The position numbers and the translations under genes were made by a program. 64,000 nucleotides of DNA from Betaproteobacteria bacterium HGW-Betaproteobacteria-22 (GTDB taxonomy: Bacteria > Pseudomonadota > Gammaproteobacteria > Burkholderiales > Methylophilaceae), in contig PHCJ01000015.1 in NCBI GenBank assembly GCA_002842285.1, positions 278 through 64,277 of the forward strand, in the 5' to 3' direction. Within the stretch, counting starts at the first letter, position 1, and each line of letters begins with the position of its first letter. Below, piece after piece: positions 33,473 through 44,307 of this stretch. The notes under the pieces are model-generated. The model searched no databases, was not told the DNA's origin, and worked only from the letters and a program-made list of their open reading frames with translations.

Positions 33473-33859
33473 CTACTTCACTTTGCGATTGATTTCCTTG
33501 CGTAGCAATTCATTGCTGCGAGCTAACTCATCTGCGGCAGTTTGCGCCTTGGCTGCACGTGCTTTACGTTCAGCCAGCTCTGCATCAGCCTGTGCCTTAG
33601 CTGCGAGCTGTTGCGCAGTTTCATAGTTTTTTTCTTGCGATGCTGCTTCGGCCTTGCTGAGCTTGTCACGTGCAGATAACAAATCTACCGGTGCTAGATC
33701 TAATGCGCCCGCACTTTCAGCCTGCGTGATTGAAGCGCGCGCCGCTGCCATTTCTGAAATTGGCGCAGTGCCAGTGCTGGCGCACGCACCAAGCAGCAGT
33801 GCCAATGTAGTGACGGCAACGATTTTGTACGTTTGGTGAGTTTTAAAAATTTGATTCAT
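33473..33859 (-). CDS. DUF4398-like lipoprotein
   Basis: Lipobox LGAC; Ala-rich helical protein paired with the OmpA-family gene. Confidence 0.8.
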   Translation of the reverse strand: MNQIFKTHQTYKIVAVTTLALLLGACASTGTAPISEMAAARASITQAESAGALDLAPVDLLSARDKLSKAEAASQEKNYETAQQLAAKAQADAELAERKARAAKAQTAADELARSNELLRKEINRKVK

Positions 33860-33947
33860 ATTGTTTCTCCTAGATAATTCATTACATACGATTTGATTTG
33901 AAACTGATTTGTGAGTGGCTTTGCTAGTGATTCATTAGAGCAGTCAT

Positions 33948-34397
33948 TCACGCGCGCTCATGGTGCGTCATGATTTCGGTAAGTGATAATGGCTTACCTT
34001 CTTGGTCATAGCTGTGTGCAGAGTTGGATAAAGGCTTTGCATCTGCAATTAAATCTAAACGTTCATTGAGTAAGCGAAACTCTGTAGCAACTAACTGATG
34101 CAGATTTTCTGAGCGCGAAGCTTCCGCTTTGTCAGCGATATCTTGCACGCGTTGTATTTCTTTCAGTAATCTGCGTGTTTCTAGCAACGAGCCAATCTGG
34201 CTTTTTAGGTATGCGACAAAAAACAATGCGACAATGACGGCCGCGATGCCTAACATGACTACACCCAGTGGCGCCTGTACCTGTGCAACAATTAAATTCA
34301 ATGGCGCATCGGCAATCAGTGTTGACCAGTTCAATACAATCAGAACAACAATGATGGCCGTAGCGCTTAAAGCTAATAAACTGGCGATTTGTTTCAC
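33948..34397 (-). CDS. LapA/DUF1049-like membrane protein
   Basis: Two TM segments (VLNW...APLGVVMLG) followed by a coiled coil; GTG start. Confidence 0.6.
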   Translation of the reverse strand: MKQIASLLALSATAIIVVLIVLNWSTLIADAPLNLIVAQVQAPLGVVMLGIAAVIVALFFVAYLKSQIGSLLETRRLLKEIQRVQDIADKAEASRSENLHQLVATEFRLLNERLDLIADAKPLSNSAHSYDQEGKPLSLTEIMTHHERA

Positions 34398-34498
34398 GAT
34401 TATTTACATGCCTCTTTAAAAATGGTTCTAATAGCAACGATTATGGATTTTTAAAAATATAAAGTAAAATCTATATTTTGTAATAGTGGTTTGCAAAA

Positions 34499-35440
34499 AT
34501 GAAAATTAAGACTGAATCTGTGATGCCGGTAAACGATACTTTCGGGCTGTATTCTTCTCAGCCTCATCTTGACTGGACTGATTTCTACACGGTGTTTATG
34601 GTCGCCCAGCAAGGTAGTGTAGCCAAAGCATGCATACCACTCGCGATGACACATTCAACGTTACTACGTAAGCTCGATTTAATAGAAACGCGTTTGAAGA
34701 CAAGGCTGTTTGAGCGGGTGCGCGGCAACTACACGCTCACGCCAGCCGGTGATGAAATTATGCAAGCAGCCCGCACTTTTGAACCAATAGCACGTGCTGC
34801 CGAGTTGCGTGTGCTGGGGCAAGATTTGCAACCAAGCGGAGAAGTGCGCATCAGCGTGGCTTCTATCGTGATAGAACACTTATTGCCACCCGTGTTGATT
34901 CGCTTATCTTTGGACTACCCCGAAATCCAGATCGAATTAACGGCATCACCCGATAACGTCAGCTTGCGGCGGCGTGAAGCGGATGTGGCAATCCGCATGG
35001 TGGATACCGTGCCGGATTGGCTGGTTGGACGCAAGATTGCAGATGTCCAGTTCAAGGTGTATGCGCTTCGGCAGGAGGGGGTAGATATCACGTTAAGCCC
35101 AGTCAATAAACTTGTCTGTGAGCGCCGCTGGATAGGTTTTGAGCACTATGTGCGTGACCTTAAAGTAGATCGCTGGCTGACTGAAGAGGTGCCTGACGAG
35201 AGTGTGGTGCTTCGAGTAGATAACTTTACACATGCATTGACAATGGTGCGCGCGGGCATTGGCATCGCATTGCTACCTACCTTTCTTGAGGCAAGCGAAC
35301 CGTATTTACAACCTTTAACTGAATCTATAGCGAGGTTAAAGACACCGTTATGGTTGGTGACTCATCCGGAATTAAGAAATATTGCCCGTATTCAGGTGGT
35401 CACGCGTACTATTACTTCTTCAATTCAAAATATGTTGTAA
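34499..35440 (+). CDS. LysR-family transcriptional regulator
   Basis: HTH (LDWTDF...HSTLLRKL...RLFER) and LRRREADVAIR. Confidence 0.9.
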   Translation: MKIKTESVMPVNDTFGLYSSQPHLDWTDFYTVFMVAQQGSVAKACIPLAMTHSTLLRKLDLIETRLKTRLFERVRGNYTLTPAGDEIMQAARTFEPIARAAELRVLGQDLQPSGEVRISVASIVIEHLLPPVLIRLSLDYPEIQIELTASPDNVSLRRREADVAIRMVDTVPDWLVGRKIADVQFKVYALRQEGVDITLSPVNKLVCERRWIGFEHYVRDLKVDRWLTEEVPDESVVLRVDNFTHALTMVRAGIGIALLPTFLEASEPYLQPLTESIARLKTPLWLVTHPELRNIARIQVVTRTITSSIQNML

Positions 35441-35551
35441 TTTAAAATATGTTGCCCGTTGTGCGAAGTCAGGATGGGCAAGTTTTATGTTGGGATAAAA
35501 AACCATAGTATTACTCCACACGAATTATGTTTGTAGCTAAGAAAAACCTAA

Positions 35552-35923
35552 ATGCAACATAGGCCAAAAAGTTTGAATCTGTTTCAGGTACGATTATCAA
35601 TTAATGCGATAGTGTCTATATTGCATCGTATCAGCGGCATGATATTGTTTTTAATATTGCCTTTTCTTTTATTGGCAATGTATGTTTCCTTGGAAAGTGA
35701 GTCAGGTTTTATATGTGTTGTGGCTCTAATGAAACATTGGTTATTTAAGATGTTTTTGATTGGGGTTTCGTGGGTTTTTTTTCATCATTTTTATGCGGGG
35801 CTCCGCCATCTGTGTCAGGATATGAACTGGATGACAAACTTGCGCGAAGCTAGTTATTCTGGACGGATAGTACTTTTCTTAGATTTGGTTTCTGTTATGT
35901 TATTTGCGCGCATGGTTTGGTAG
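35552..35923 (+). CDS. sdhC: Succinate dehydrogenase cytochrome b556 subunit
   Basis: RPKSLNL, SILHRISG, HHFYAGLRHL. Confidence 0.93.
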   Translation: MQHRPKSLNLFQVRLSINAIVSILHRISGMILFLILPFLLLAMYVSLESESGFICVVALMKHWLFKMFLIGVSWVFFHHFYAGLRHLCQDMNWMTNLREASYSGRIVLFLDLVSVMLFARMVW

Positions 35924-35934
35924 TGTAATAGCCC

Positions 35935-36127
35935 ATGTTAATAGCCCTTCTTACAAAAAAATACCCAGGTATGCGTTTATGGCTGGCGCAGCGTATCTCA
36001 GCCGTTGTGATGGCTGTTTATGTGTTGATTTTTATTGCTGCCGTTGCGATTATGCAGCCAGATGGATATGACACTTGGTTGCGCCTGATGTCACCATGGT
36101 GGTGGCGGACATTAACACTGATATTTT
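35935..36127 (+). pseudogene. sdhD: sdhD 5' part (codons 1-64), interrupted by the ISL3 element
   Basis: WLAQRISAVVMA motif; the frame reads 5 codons into the left TIR and stops at 36144. Confidence 0.92.
36120..36127 (+). repeat. Target-site duplication, left copy (GATATTTT)
   Basis: Identical to 51621-51628 and abuts the TIR. Confidence 0.93.
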
Positions 36128-36152
36128 GGGTCTTCGTAAAATAATGTGTATT
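36128..36152 (+). repeat. Terminal inverted repeat, transposase-distal end (GGGTCTTCGTAAAATAATGTGTATT)
   Basis: Matches the reverse complement of 51596-51620 at 22/25 positions. Confidence 0.92.
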
Positions 36153-36570
36153 TGAATTTTAAAACAATTTTTTATCTAACCTCAATATTGTGTATTTACT
36201 GCTTTTACTTATCTTACGTTTTAGTTTTAATTTTGTATAAAACTGCTTACTCTAAGATTAATTGACCACTAGTTCTTATTCATGCATATTTCACTATGGT
36301 CGCTTTGATGCATACTGATTTAGAGGTCAAATTAAACCTCAGTCAGTAACTTATTGATCATCAAAATTTATACAATGTCTGACCAAAATCATGCTTCCTG
36401 TACCTTAAAGTGAAGTGGCTGAGGGTGTCGAACAGGACTAACTGTTCGCTGGTGCGTCGTGTCAAGGCATGCCGCCGAATCCCTGGTCGTGATCCCTTCA
36501 GCCATTGGCAATGCGCCCATCGAACCGTTCGCGGGCGGCGACGACCTCGGGCTGGCAGTGCTCGGCCCAG

Positions 36571-37065
36571 GTCACTTACATCCGCACCAGTCAAGGCTGG
36601 TTATATTTAGCCATCGTACTGGATTTGTACTCAAGGCGTGTCGTGAGTTGGGCGTTTTCCAATCAACCTAATAGTGAATTAAGCGTACGTGCATTAGAAG
36701 TGGCTGTGCAACATCGCAGACCAAACCAGTCTGTTTTATTTCACAGTGACCAGGGTGTGCAATATTCCAGTGATACCTTTAGGAATGCGCTCAGCAAACA
36801 CAACATCACGGCGAGCATGAGCCGACGTGGTAATTGCCATGATAATGCGGTGACGGAGCGTTTCTTTAGAAGCTTGAAATCAGAAAGGGTTAACTATACA
36901 ATATAAAACACGAGATGAGGCGATGAAAGACATTGCTGAATATATTGAGCCGTTTTACAATCAAAGGCGTCGACACTCCACTTTAGGCAACATATCGCCT
37001 GCGGAGTACGAACAAAAGTATCAACAAAAACCTTAGCTTGTGTGGCAGATTGTTAGACCATTACA
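36571..37065 (+). pseudogene. IS3-family remnant: 3' part of OrfB integrase (frameshifted) plus right IR
   Basis: VTYIRTSQGWLYLA...FHSDQG...NAVTERFF; frameshift near 36900 to YKTRDEA...FYNQRRRHSTLG; IR 37040-37065 ending in CA. Confidence 0.88.
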
Positions 37066-37128
37066 AAAGACGTATGAGTATCATTTTTTTCTCTTTATCT
37101 CAACCTATTTCAACAGGAGTGACACATC

Positions 37129-38160
37129 ATGCATTACCGCCCACTTGGCAAATCCGGTCTGCTCGTTTCCGAGCTGTGTTTTGGCACTATGAGCTTTGGC
37201 CAGCAGGGCTACTGGGAGAAAATCGGCGGGCTTGACCAGTCTGCCGCCCAGCGCCTGGTCGATATCGCGCTGGATGCCGGCATCAATTTTTTCGACAGCG
37301 CCGATGTCTATTCCTACGGCCAGTCTGAGGAGATCCTCGGCAAGACGCTCAAGAGCAAGCGCGACAAGGTGGTGTTGGCCACCAAAGTGCGCGGACGCAT
37401 GAGCCAAGAGATCAACGACGTGGGCTTGAGTCGCCGCCACATCATTCAGAGCTGCGAGAACAGCCTCAGGCGTCTGGGCACAGATTATCTCGATCTCTAC
37501 ATAGTGCACAGCTTTGACTTCATGACGCCGTTGGAGGAAACGCTCTCGGCGCTGAACGACCTGGTGCATTCTGGCAAGGTGCGCTACTTGGGTTGTTCGA
37601 ACTACTTTGCGTGGCAACTGATGAAGGCGTTGTCCATCTCTGAGAGACACCATTGGGAGAAGTTCATTTCGCTGCAGGCTTATTACTCGCTGGTGTCGCG
37701 TGACGTGGAGATCGAACTCGCCCCGCTGTGCCGGGACCAGGGGCTGGGTATTACGCCGTGGTCGCCGCTGGGGGCGGGTTTTCTCACCGGCAAATACCCC
37801 CGTGGCGGCAAGGGCCCGCAGGACGCCCGGCGCAGTAAGGAGGATCACAATTTCATCCAGCTCGACGAGGACAAGGCCTACGCCATCCTGGACGAGGTGC
37901 AGCGCATCGCCAAGGCACGCGGCGTGAGTGCGGCGCAGGTCTCGCTCAACTATCTGCTGCGCAAGTCGCCAGTCAGCTCGGTGATCATCGGCGCCACCAA
38001 GCCCGAGCAGTTGCAGGACAACCTGAAGACTGTCGAGTGGCAGCTCTCGGCTGAGGAAGTCGCCGCACTTGATGAGATCAGCACACCGCCGCGACTGTAT
38101 CCACACTGGATGCTCGAGTTCACCCGCCTCGACCGCGACAACCCGGCCATGATCATGTAA
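37129..38160 (+). CDS. Aldo/keto reductase
   Basis: LCFGTMSFG, FFDSADVYS, LGTDYLDLY, WSPLGAGFL; AGGAG RBS; high GC. Confidence 0.93.
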   Translation: MHYRPLGKSGLLVSELCFGTMSFGQQGYWEKIGGLDQSAAQRLVDIALDAGINFFDSADVYSYGQSEEILGKTLKSKRDKVVLATKVRGRMSQEINDVGLSRRHIIQSCENSLRRLGTDYLDLYIVHSFDFMTPLEETLSALNDLVHSGKVRYLGCSNYFAWQLMKALSISERHHWEKFISLQAYYSLVSRDVEIELAPLCRDQGLGITPWSPLGAGFLTGKYPRGGKGPQDARRSKEDHNFIQLDEDKAYAILDEVQRIAKARGVSAAQVSLNYLLRKSPVSSVIIGATKPEQLQDNLKTVEWQLSAEEVAALDEISTPPRLYPHWMLEFTRLDRDNPAMIM

Positions 38161-38211
38161 TTGATCGGCGCCACTGTGGTGCAGATTGATGCACCCATCG
38201 AAGCGGATGCG

Positions 38212-38326
38212 GGCGGATTCGACTTTCAGCTTGAGCGTCGTCAATCTGCAAGGCGCCGAGACCGAAACCGGCGCCGATTACAACTCCATCAACCCCGGCG
38301 CCTATGTCTCTGCTTTGCAATTCGAT
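38212..38326 (+). pseudogene. Internal fragment of a glutathione S-transferase N-terminal domain (frameshifted)
   Basis: GFDFQLER then, after a 1-nt shift, VNLQGAETETGADYNSINPGAYVSALQFD; resembles the beta-class GST NPKGxVPAL region. Confidence 0.6.
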
Positions 38327-38345
38327 CGGCACAATAAGGAGAACG

Positions 38346-39143
38346 CTGCGCCAGCCCGCGCTGTTCATTCCCCACGGTGGCGGGCCCTGCTTCTTCATGG
38401 ACCGGGTCCCGCCCGACGCCTGGGCGCGGCATCGCACCTTTCTGGAAGGGCTGCCGGCCACCCTGCCCGAACGACCGCGCGCCCTGCTGGTGGTCTTGGC
38501 CAACTTGGAAGCGCCGCGGTTCACCGTGCAGAAGCAGGCCGCGCCGCCGCTGCTTTTTGACTATTCCGGGTTTCCGCCGCATACCTACGAGCTCACCTGG
38601 CCCGCGCCCTGCGTGCCCGAACTCTATGAGCGGGTGGCCGCACTGCTGGGCGCAGCGGGGCTGCCCTGCGGCTTCGATGCGGCGCGCGGCTTCGATCACG
38701 GCGTGTTCGTGTCGCTCAAGGTCGCCTTTCCGGCCGCCGACATCCCCTGCGTGCAGTTGTCGTTGCGAAGCGATCTCGACCCGGCCGCCCATCTGGCGGC
38801 GGGGCAGGCCCTGGCCCCGCTGCGCGACGAAGGTGTGCTGCTCGTCGGCTCCGGCAACAGCTACCACAACCTGGGGGTGATGATGCGCGCTTGGCGCATG
38901 GGTTCAACCGAGGCGCATGGTCTCGATTTCGACGCCTGGCTGAGCGAGGCGGTCAGCCATCCCGGCCCGACCGAGCGCAACCGGCGCCTGCTGGACTGGC
39001 TCCGCGCCCCCGGTGCTCGTGAGGCCGCGCCGCGCGAAGAGCACCTGATCCCGCTCCTGGTCGCTGCCGGCAGCGATAGCGGGGCGAAGATTTTCGAGGA
39101 CCGTGTGCTGGGCGCGGTGCAAAGCGCATTTCGCTTCGGCTGA
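38346..39143 (+). CDS. Extradiol ring-cleavage dioxygenase, LigB/DODA (YgiD)-like
   Basis: PALFIPHGGGP, RGFDHGVF, GSGNSYHNL, PREEHLIPL. AAGGAG points to CTG 38346; ORF track starts at ATG 38304. Confidence 0.85.
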   Translation: MRQPALFIPHGGGPCFFMDRVPPDAWARHRTFLEGLPATLPERPRALLVVLANLEAPRFTVQKQAAPPLLFDYSGFPPHTYELTWPAPCVPELYERVAALLGAAGLPCGFDAARGFDHGVFVSLKVAFPAADIPCVQLSLRSDLDPAAHLAAGQALAPLRDEGVLLVGSGNSYHNLGVMMRAWRMGSTEAHGLDFDAWLSEAVSHPGPTERNRRLLDWLRAPGAREAAPREEHLIPLLVAAGSDSGAKIFEDRVLGAVQSAFRFG

Positions 39144-39198
39144 ACGCAAGGGCGGCGCACCCTTTCGCCTTGCCATCCACACCACGGCGTGGCAGCGC

Positions 39199-40353
39199 TC
39201 AGCGCCGCACTACCAGCCCTGCCAGCGCAACCAGTGAGAACGCGGCGCCGGCGTAGAACGTCATCGAAGGACCTACCCACGTCCACAATCCGCCGGCAAT
39301 AACGCTGGCGGCGAGCAAGGCTGCGCCGCTCACCAGGTTGAACACGCCGAAGGCCGTGCCGCGAAGATCGGCCGGTGCGGCATCGGCGACCAGCGCCGAG
39401 AGCAGCCCTTGCGTTGCGCCCATGTGCAGGCCCCAGATCGCGGCACCCAGGCCGACCGCCCAGACGTTGGCGGCGAGCGCGAGAGTGATGTCGGCGGCGA
39501 TCAGAAACAGCACGCCCCAGACGAGCAGGCTGCGGCGGCTGCCGTTGTCGGAGAATTTGCCGAAGGGATAGGCGCTGGCCGCATAGACAACGTTCATCAC
39601 GATCAGGATCAGCGGCACCCAGGTCGCGGCGAGGCCCATGTTCTCGGCGCGCAGCAGCAGAAAGGCCTCGGAGAAGCGCGCCAGCGTCAGCACCGCGGCA
39701 AAGGCCACCACCCACCAGAAACGGCGGTCAAGCCGCGCGAGGCTGGCGCGGCTGATGGGAAACTGAGCCTTGGCTGCGGGGCGCGTGGCTTCGGGCTCCT
39801 CGACGCCGAACGCGATCAAGAGCACGCAAATGACGGCGGGCAGCACCGCAACCCAGAACACCAGGCGGAAATCGTCGTGGCTCGCCGCCATCAGACCCAT
39901 GGCGGCGAGCGGCCCGGCGAAGGCGCCCACAGTGTCCAGCGCCTGGCGCAGGCCGTAGGCCGCGCCGCGCTGCGCCTCAGGCGTCAAATCGGCGATCAGC
40001 GCATCGCGCGGGGCGCCGCGGATGCCCTTGCCGATGCGGTCGAGAAAGCGCGCCGCGAGCACCGCCGTGATCCCGGTGGCGAGCGGGAACAGCGGCTTGG
40101 TCAGCGCCGCCAGGCCATAGCCCAGCAGCAGCAGCGGTTTTCTGCGTCCGATCCAGTCGGAAATCACGCCGGAGAAGACCTTGGCAATCGAAGCCGTCGC
40201 CTCGGCGATGCCTTCGATGAAGCCGACCGACATCGCGGAAGCCCCCAGCACCGTCACCAGGAACACCGGCAGCAGGCTGTGGATCATCTCGGAGGAGAGG
40301 TCCATCGTCAGCGAGACGAGCCCCAGGGCGACGACACCGCGGGGAAGTTTCAT
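39199..40353 (-). CDS. MFS transporter
   Basis: SDWIGRRK and DRIGKGIRGAPRDALIAD motifs; about 12 TM helices. Confidence 0.9.
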   Translation of the reverse strand: MKLPRGVVALGLVSLTMDLSSEMIHSLLPVFLVTVLGASAMSVGFIEGIAEATASIAKVFSGVISDWIGRRKPLLLLGYGLAALTKPLFPLATGITAVLAARFLDRIGKGIRGAPRDALIADLTPEAQRGAAYGLRQALDTVGAFAGPLAAMGLMAASHDDFRLVFWVAVLPAVICVLLIAFGVEEPEATRPAAKAQFPISRASLARLDRRFWWVVAFAAVLTLARFSEAFLLLRAENMGLAATWVPLILIVMNVVYAASAYPFGKFSDNGSRRSLLVWGVLFLIAADITLALAANVWAVGLGAAIWGLHMGATQGLLSALVADAAPADLRGTAFGVFNLVSGAALLAASVIAGGLWTWVGPSMTFYAGAAFSLVALAGLVVRR

Positions 40354-40384
40354 GGGTCATTTCTCCTTGTTGTTGACCGTTGCC

Positions 40385-41515
40385 TCATGCCATCTGGCTG
40401 ATGCTCTTGCGGAAATGCAGCAGGGCACCCACGAAGAACACCAGGCCGATGACGGCCAGCGCCAGGAAATGCGGCCACACTACGTCGAAGCCCGCGCCGC
40501 GATAGAGGATGGCCTGGGCGGCGGCTACGAAATGGGTGGTGGGGGCGACCTCCATCACCTGCTGGGCGAGCAGCGGCATGCTCTCACGTGGTGTGGTGCC
40601 GCCGGAGAGCATTTGCATCGGCAGTAGCACCAGCATCATCAACAGGCCGAACTGCGGCATGCTGCGCGCCAGCGTCGCCATGAAAATGCCCATGGATGTG
40701 GTGGCGACGATGTGCAGGACCGCCATGGCGAGGAACAGCGCCACCGAGCCTTCGATCGGCACGGCGAGCGCCCCCTGCACGATGAAGTGCAGCGACAACG
40801 CCGTGGCCAGGAACACCACCAGCCCCATCGACCAGATCTTGCCCAGCATGATCTCGCCCGGAGTGACGGGCATCACCAGTAGGTGCTCGATGGTGCCGTG
40901 CTCGCGCTCGCGGATCACGGCCGCGCCAGCCAGGATGATGGAGATCATGGTGACCATGTTCATGATCTCCATCACCGAACCGAACCAGGTCTGGGTCAGG
41001 GCCGGGTTGAAGCGCATCCGCAGGGCAAGATCGACCGGCAGCGACGCACTGCTGCGGTAACGCTGCACGAATTCGTTGACCTCGCCGAGCACGATCTGCT
41101 GGGTATAGCCGCTGCCGGTGAAGGCCTGGCTCATGCGGGTGGCATCGACATTGAGCTGGATGATCGGGTTGCGTCCGGCCAGCACGTCGCGCTGGAAATT
41201 GGGCGGGATGTCGAGGGCAAAGGTGTACTCCCCCGCATCCAGCCCGGCATCGACCTCCGACAGCGTCACGCGAGCTGGTGGCATGAATTGGGGGGGATGG
41301 AAGGCCGAGATGATGCGGGCCGACAGGGGCGAGTCATCCTCATCGACAATGGCGATGGGCACCTTGTGCAAGGAGTCTGGCATGGCCGTGGCCGCCACGT
41401 AGATCATGAATGTGAAGCCCCAGACGATGAGCATCAGCATGATCGGATCGCGCGCCAGGCTCCACAGTTCCTTGATACCGAGGCGGTAGACGTTGGAGAG
41501 ATGGCGCATGGTCAC
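40385..41515 (-). CDS. yhhJ: ABC-2 permease, YhhJ-like
   Basis: [27 protein letters not shown]. Confidence 0.85.
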   Translation of the reverse strand: MTMRHLSNVYRLGIKELWSLARDPIMLMLIVWGFTFMIYVAATAMPDSLHKVPIAIVDEDDSPLSARIISAFHPPQFMPPARVTLSEVDAGLDAGEYTFALDIPPNFQRDVLAGRNPIIQLNVDATRMSQAFTGSGYTQQIVLGEVNEFVQRYRSSASLPVDLALRMRFNPALTQTWFGSVMEIMNMVTMISIILAGAAVIREREHGTIEHLLVMPVTPGEIMLGKIWSMGLVVFLATALSLHFIVQGALAVPIEGSVALFLAMAVLHIVATTSMGIFMATLARSMPQFGLLMMLVLLPMQMLSGGTTPRESMPLLAQQVMEVAPTTHFVAAAQAILYRGAGFDVVWPHFLALAVIGLVFFVGALLHFRKSISQMA

Positions 41516-44307
41516 TTCTCCTGCTTTTTGAGTAAGGCGATGGAAACCCCCAGCATGACCAGCGCGCCCAAGCCGATCGGCAGCAGATAGCCGGCCAGAT
41601 CGGACAGCCCCAGGGCCTTGTTGAAGACCCCCCGGCTGACGATGATGTAGTAGGTGGTGGGGTTGATCTCCCCGATCACCCGGCCCATGCCTTCGAGCGC
41701 CGAGACCGGGTTGATCATACCGGCGAACTGAATGGCGGGCAGCATCGAGCCCATGGCGGCAAAGAACATGGCCGCGATCTGGCTGCGCGTGAAAATCGAT
41801 GCCAGCAGGCCGAAGCCCGTGGCGTAAGTGACATACAGCAGCGTGGCCAGCAGCAGCGCGATAAAGCTGCCTTTGATCGGCACTTCGAACAGGGTCACGG
41901 CCAAGAGGCTCATCAGCAGGAAATTCAGCAGCGCCAGCACGATATAAGGCAGTTGCTTGCCGATCATGAATTCGGCGCGGGTGACCGGGGTGACATAGAG
42001 GTTGATGATCGACCCCAGCTCTTTTTCTCGTACCACCGACAAGGCGGATAGGATGGCTGGGATCATCAGCAGCAGCATGGGAATGACGGCCGGCACCATG
42101 GAGGGCAGGCTTTTGACATCGGGGTTGTAGCGAAAGCGCGTCTCAACGGTGGCGGAGCCGGTCGACAGGTCACGACCATAACGAGTCTTGGCGATGTCCT
42201 GCAGCCACCCCTGATGCATGCCCTGCACATAGCCTTTCACCGTTTCGGCACGCTGCGGCATGGCCCCGTCGATCCAGGCGCCGATCTGAACCGGCTTGCC
42301 GCGCGCCACGTCTCGCGCGAACCCGGACGGGATCTCGATGGCCAGGCTGAGCTCGCCGCTTCGCATGCGCCGGTCGAGGTCCGCATAGTCGGCAATGGGC
42401 GGGCGTTCGACGAAATAGCGCGAACCCGAGAGATTGAGGGCATAGTTCTGGCTCAGGCCGGTTTGGTCGCGGTCGAGCACGGCATAGGAGAGATCGTTGA
42501 CATCCATGGTGATGCCGTAGCCCATGATGAGCATCAGGAGCAGGCTGCCGAACAGCGCCATCACCAGACGTACCGGGTCGCGACGCAGTTCCTTGCCTTC
42601 GCGCAGGGTGTAGCTGAGGGTGCGCGCTAAGCTGAACGGGCTGCGCCGTACAGGCGTCGAAGGCCTGCCCATCGGCAGGCTCGGCGGCGGCTCCGCCCGA
42701 GCCACCAGTGCCGTCTCGCCAGCGCCGACTTTGACGGCTTCGCCATCGGCCTCCTGCAGATAGGCGATGAACGCCTCTTCCAGGGTGCTTACCCCGCGCT
42801 TTTCGATCAACGCGCCTGGCGCATCGCTGGCCAGCACCCGCCCCTCGTGCATCAGGGAAATGCGGTCGCAGCGCTCGGCCTCGTTCATGAAGTGGGTCGA
42901 AACGAAGATCGTCACCTTGTCCTGGCGCGACAGATCGATCAGCAATCGCCAGAAGGCGTCGCGCGCCACCGGGTCCACGCCCGAGGTCGGCTCATCGAGG
43001 ATCAGCAACTCCGGCCCATGCACCAGCGCCACCGCCAGCGACAGGCGCTGGCGCATGCCCAGCGGCAGCCGCTCGGGCAGTGCATCGGACACGCCGTCCA
43101 GCCCGAAACGCGCCAGCAGCTCGCGCACCCGTGCGGGAATCGCGGCCTGCGGCACGCCAAAGAGGCGCGCATGCAGCACCAGGTTCTGTTCGACGGTCAG
43201 CTCCGTATAGAGCGAGAACGCCTGCGACATGTAGCCGACCCGCCGCCGTGTGGCGATGTCGCGCGCATCCACCTTGTGGCCGAACAGCCAGGCCTCGCCC
43301 GCCGAGGGCGGCAAGAGACCGGTGAGCATCTTCATGGTGGTGGTCTTGCCGCTGCCGTTGGAGCCGAGAAAGCCGAAGATCTCGCCGCGGTGGATGCGGA
43401 AATCCACATGATCGACGGCCGTGAAATCGCCGAAACGCATGGTCAGCCCGCGCGCCTCGATGGCGATGTCCTCGCCATCGACAAACGGCGGAACCACGAC
43501 GGCATGGTGGCCGCGCCGCTTCTCTTCCGGCAGCAGGGCGATGAAGGCGGCCTCCAGCGTGGCGGTGCCGGTGCGCGCGTGCAGCTGCGCGGGCGAGCCG
43601 GTGGCGAGCACCCGGCCCGCGTCCATCGCCACCAGCCAGTCGAAGCGTTCGGCCTCCTCCATGTACGCGGTGGCCACGATCACGCTCATGCCGGGGCGGT
43701 TTTGGCGAATGCGGTTGATCAGCGACCAGAACTGCAGGCGCGCCAGCGGATCGACGCCGGTGGTGGGCTCGTCCAGAATCAAGAGCTCCGGGTCGTGGAT
43801 CAGGGCGCAGCACAGGCCGAGCTTTTGTTTCATGCCGCCGGAGAGCTTGCCCGCAGGACGGTCGAGGAAGGGGTACAAGCCGGTGGCCCGGGTCAGCTCG
43901 TCGATGCGCCGGCGACGCTCGACCGCGTTGTGGCCGAACAACCGGGCAAAGAACTGCAGGTTATCCTCCACCGACAGCGCCGGATAGAGGTTCTTGCCCA
44001 GACCCTGCGGCATGTAGGCGATCGCCGGACACACCTGGTTGCGGTGTGCTGCTCGGCGCATGTCGCCGCCGAGTACCTGCACCTGCCCCTGTTGCACCGC
44101 GCGCGCACCAGCCATCAGCGCCAGCAAGCTGGACTTGCCGACGCCATCCGGGCCGATCAGTCCGACCATGCAGCCGGCGGGAATGTCAAGGGTAATACCG
44201 TCCAGCGCCACGGTCTTGCCGTAGCGCAAACTAAGGTCTGCAAGGCGGGCGATTGGCACGGCAATGGCCTGGGCACTGATCGAGGCGCCCTGTGCGGCCG
44301 GTGTCAT
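41512..44307 (-). CDS. rbbA: RbbA-like ABC protein (two NBDs plus ABC-2 permease)
   Basis: [20 protein letters not shown] and [15 protein letters not shown]; C-terminal permease REKELGS. Confidence 0.88.
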   Translation of the reverse strand: MTPAAQGASISAQAIAVPIARLADLSLRYGKTVALDGITLDIPAGCMVGLIGPDGVGKSSLLALMAGARAVQQGQVQVLGGDMRRAAHRNQVCPAIAYMPQGLGKNLYPALSVEDNLQFFARLFGHNAVERRRRIDELTRATGLYPFLDRPAGKLSGGMKQKLGLCCALIHDPELLILDEPTTGVDPLARLQFWSLINRIRQNRPGMSVIVATAYMEEAERFDWLVAMDAGRVLATGSPAQLHARTGTATLEAAFIALLPEEKRRGHHAVVVPPFVDGEDIAIEARGLTMRFGDFTAVDHVDFRIHRGEIFGFLGSNGSGKTTTMKMLTGLLPPSAGEAWLFGHKVDARDIATRRRVGYMSQAFSLYTELTVEQNLVLHARLFGVPQAAIPARVRELLARFGLDGVSDALPERLPLGMRQRLSLAVALVHGPELLILDEPTSGVDPVARDAFWRLLIDLSRQDKVTIFVSTHFMNEAERCDRISLMHEGRVLASDAPGALIEKRGVSTLEEAFIAYLQEADGEAVKVGAGETALVARAEPPPSLPMGRPSTPVRRSPFSLARTLSYTLREGKELRRDPVRLVMALFGSLLLMLIMGYGITMDVNDLSYAVLDRDQTGLSQNYALNLSGSRYFVERPPIADYADLDRRMRSGELSLAIEIPSGFARDVARGKPVQIGAWIDGAMPQRAETVKGYVQGMHQGWLQDIAKTRYGRDLSTGSATVETRFRYNPDVKSLPSMVPAVIPMLLLMIPAILSALSVVREKELGSIINLYVTPVTRAEFMIGKQLPYIVLALLNFLLMSLLAVTLFEVPIKGSFIALLLATLLYVTYATGFGLLASIFTRSQIAAMFFAAMGSMLPAIQFAGMINPVSALEGMGRVIGEINPTTYYIIVSRGVFNKALGLSDLAGYLLPIGLGALVMLGVSIALLKKQEK

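Noticed and set aside
34454-34479. AAAATATA-N10-TATATTTT dyad upstream of the second LysR
   Set aside because: Low-complexity AT-only dyad that is likely by chance.
36411-36436. TGAAGTGG resembling an IS3/IS911-type left end
   Set aside because: Similarity to the IS3 right IR stops after about 8 nt and no OrfA follows.
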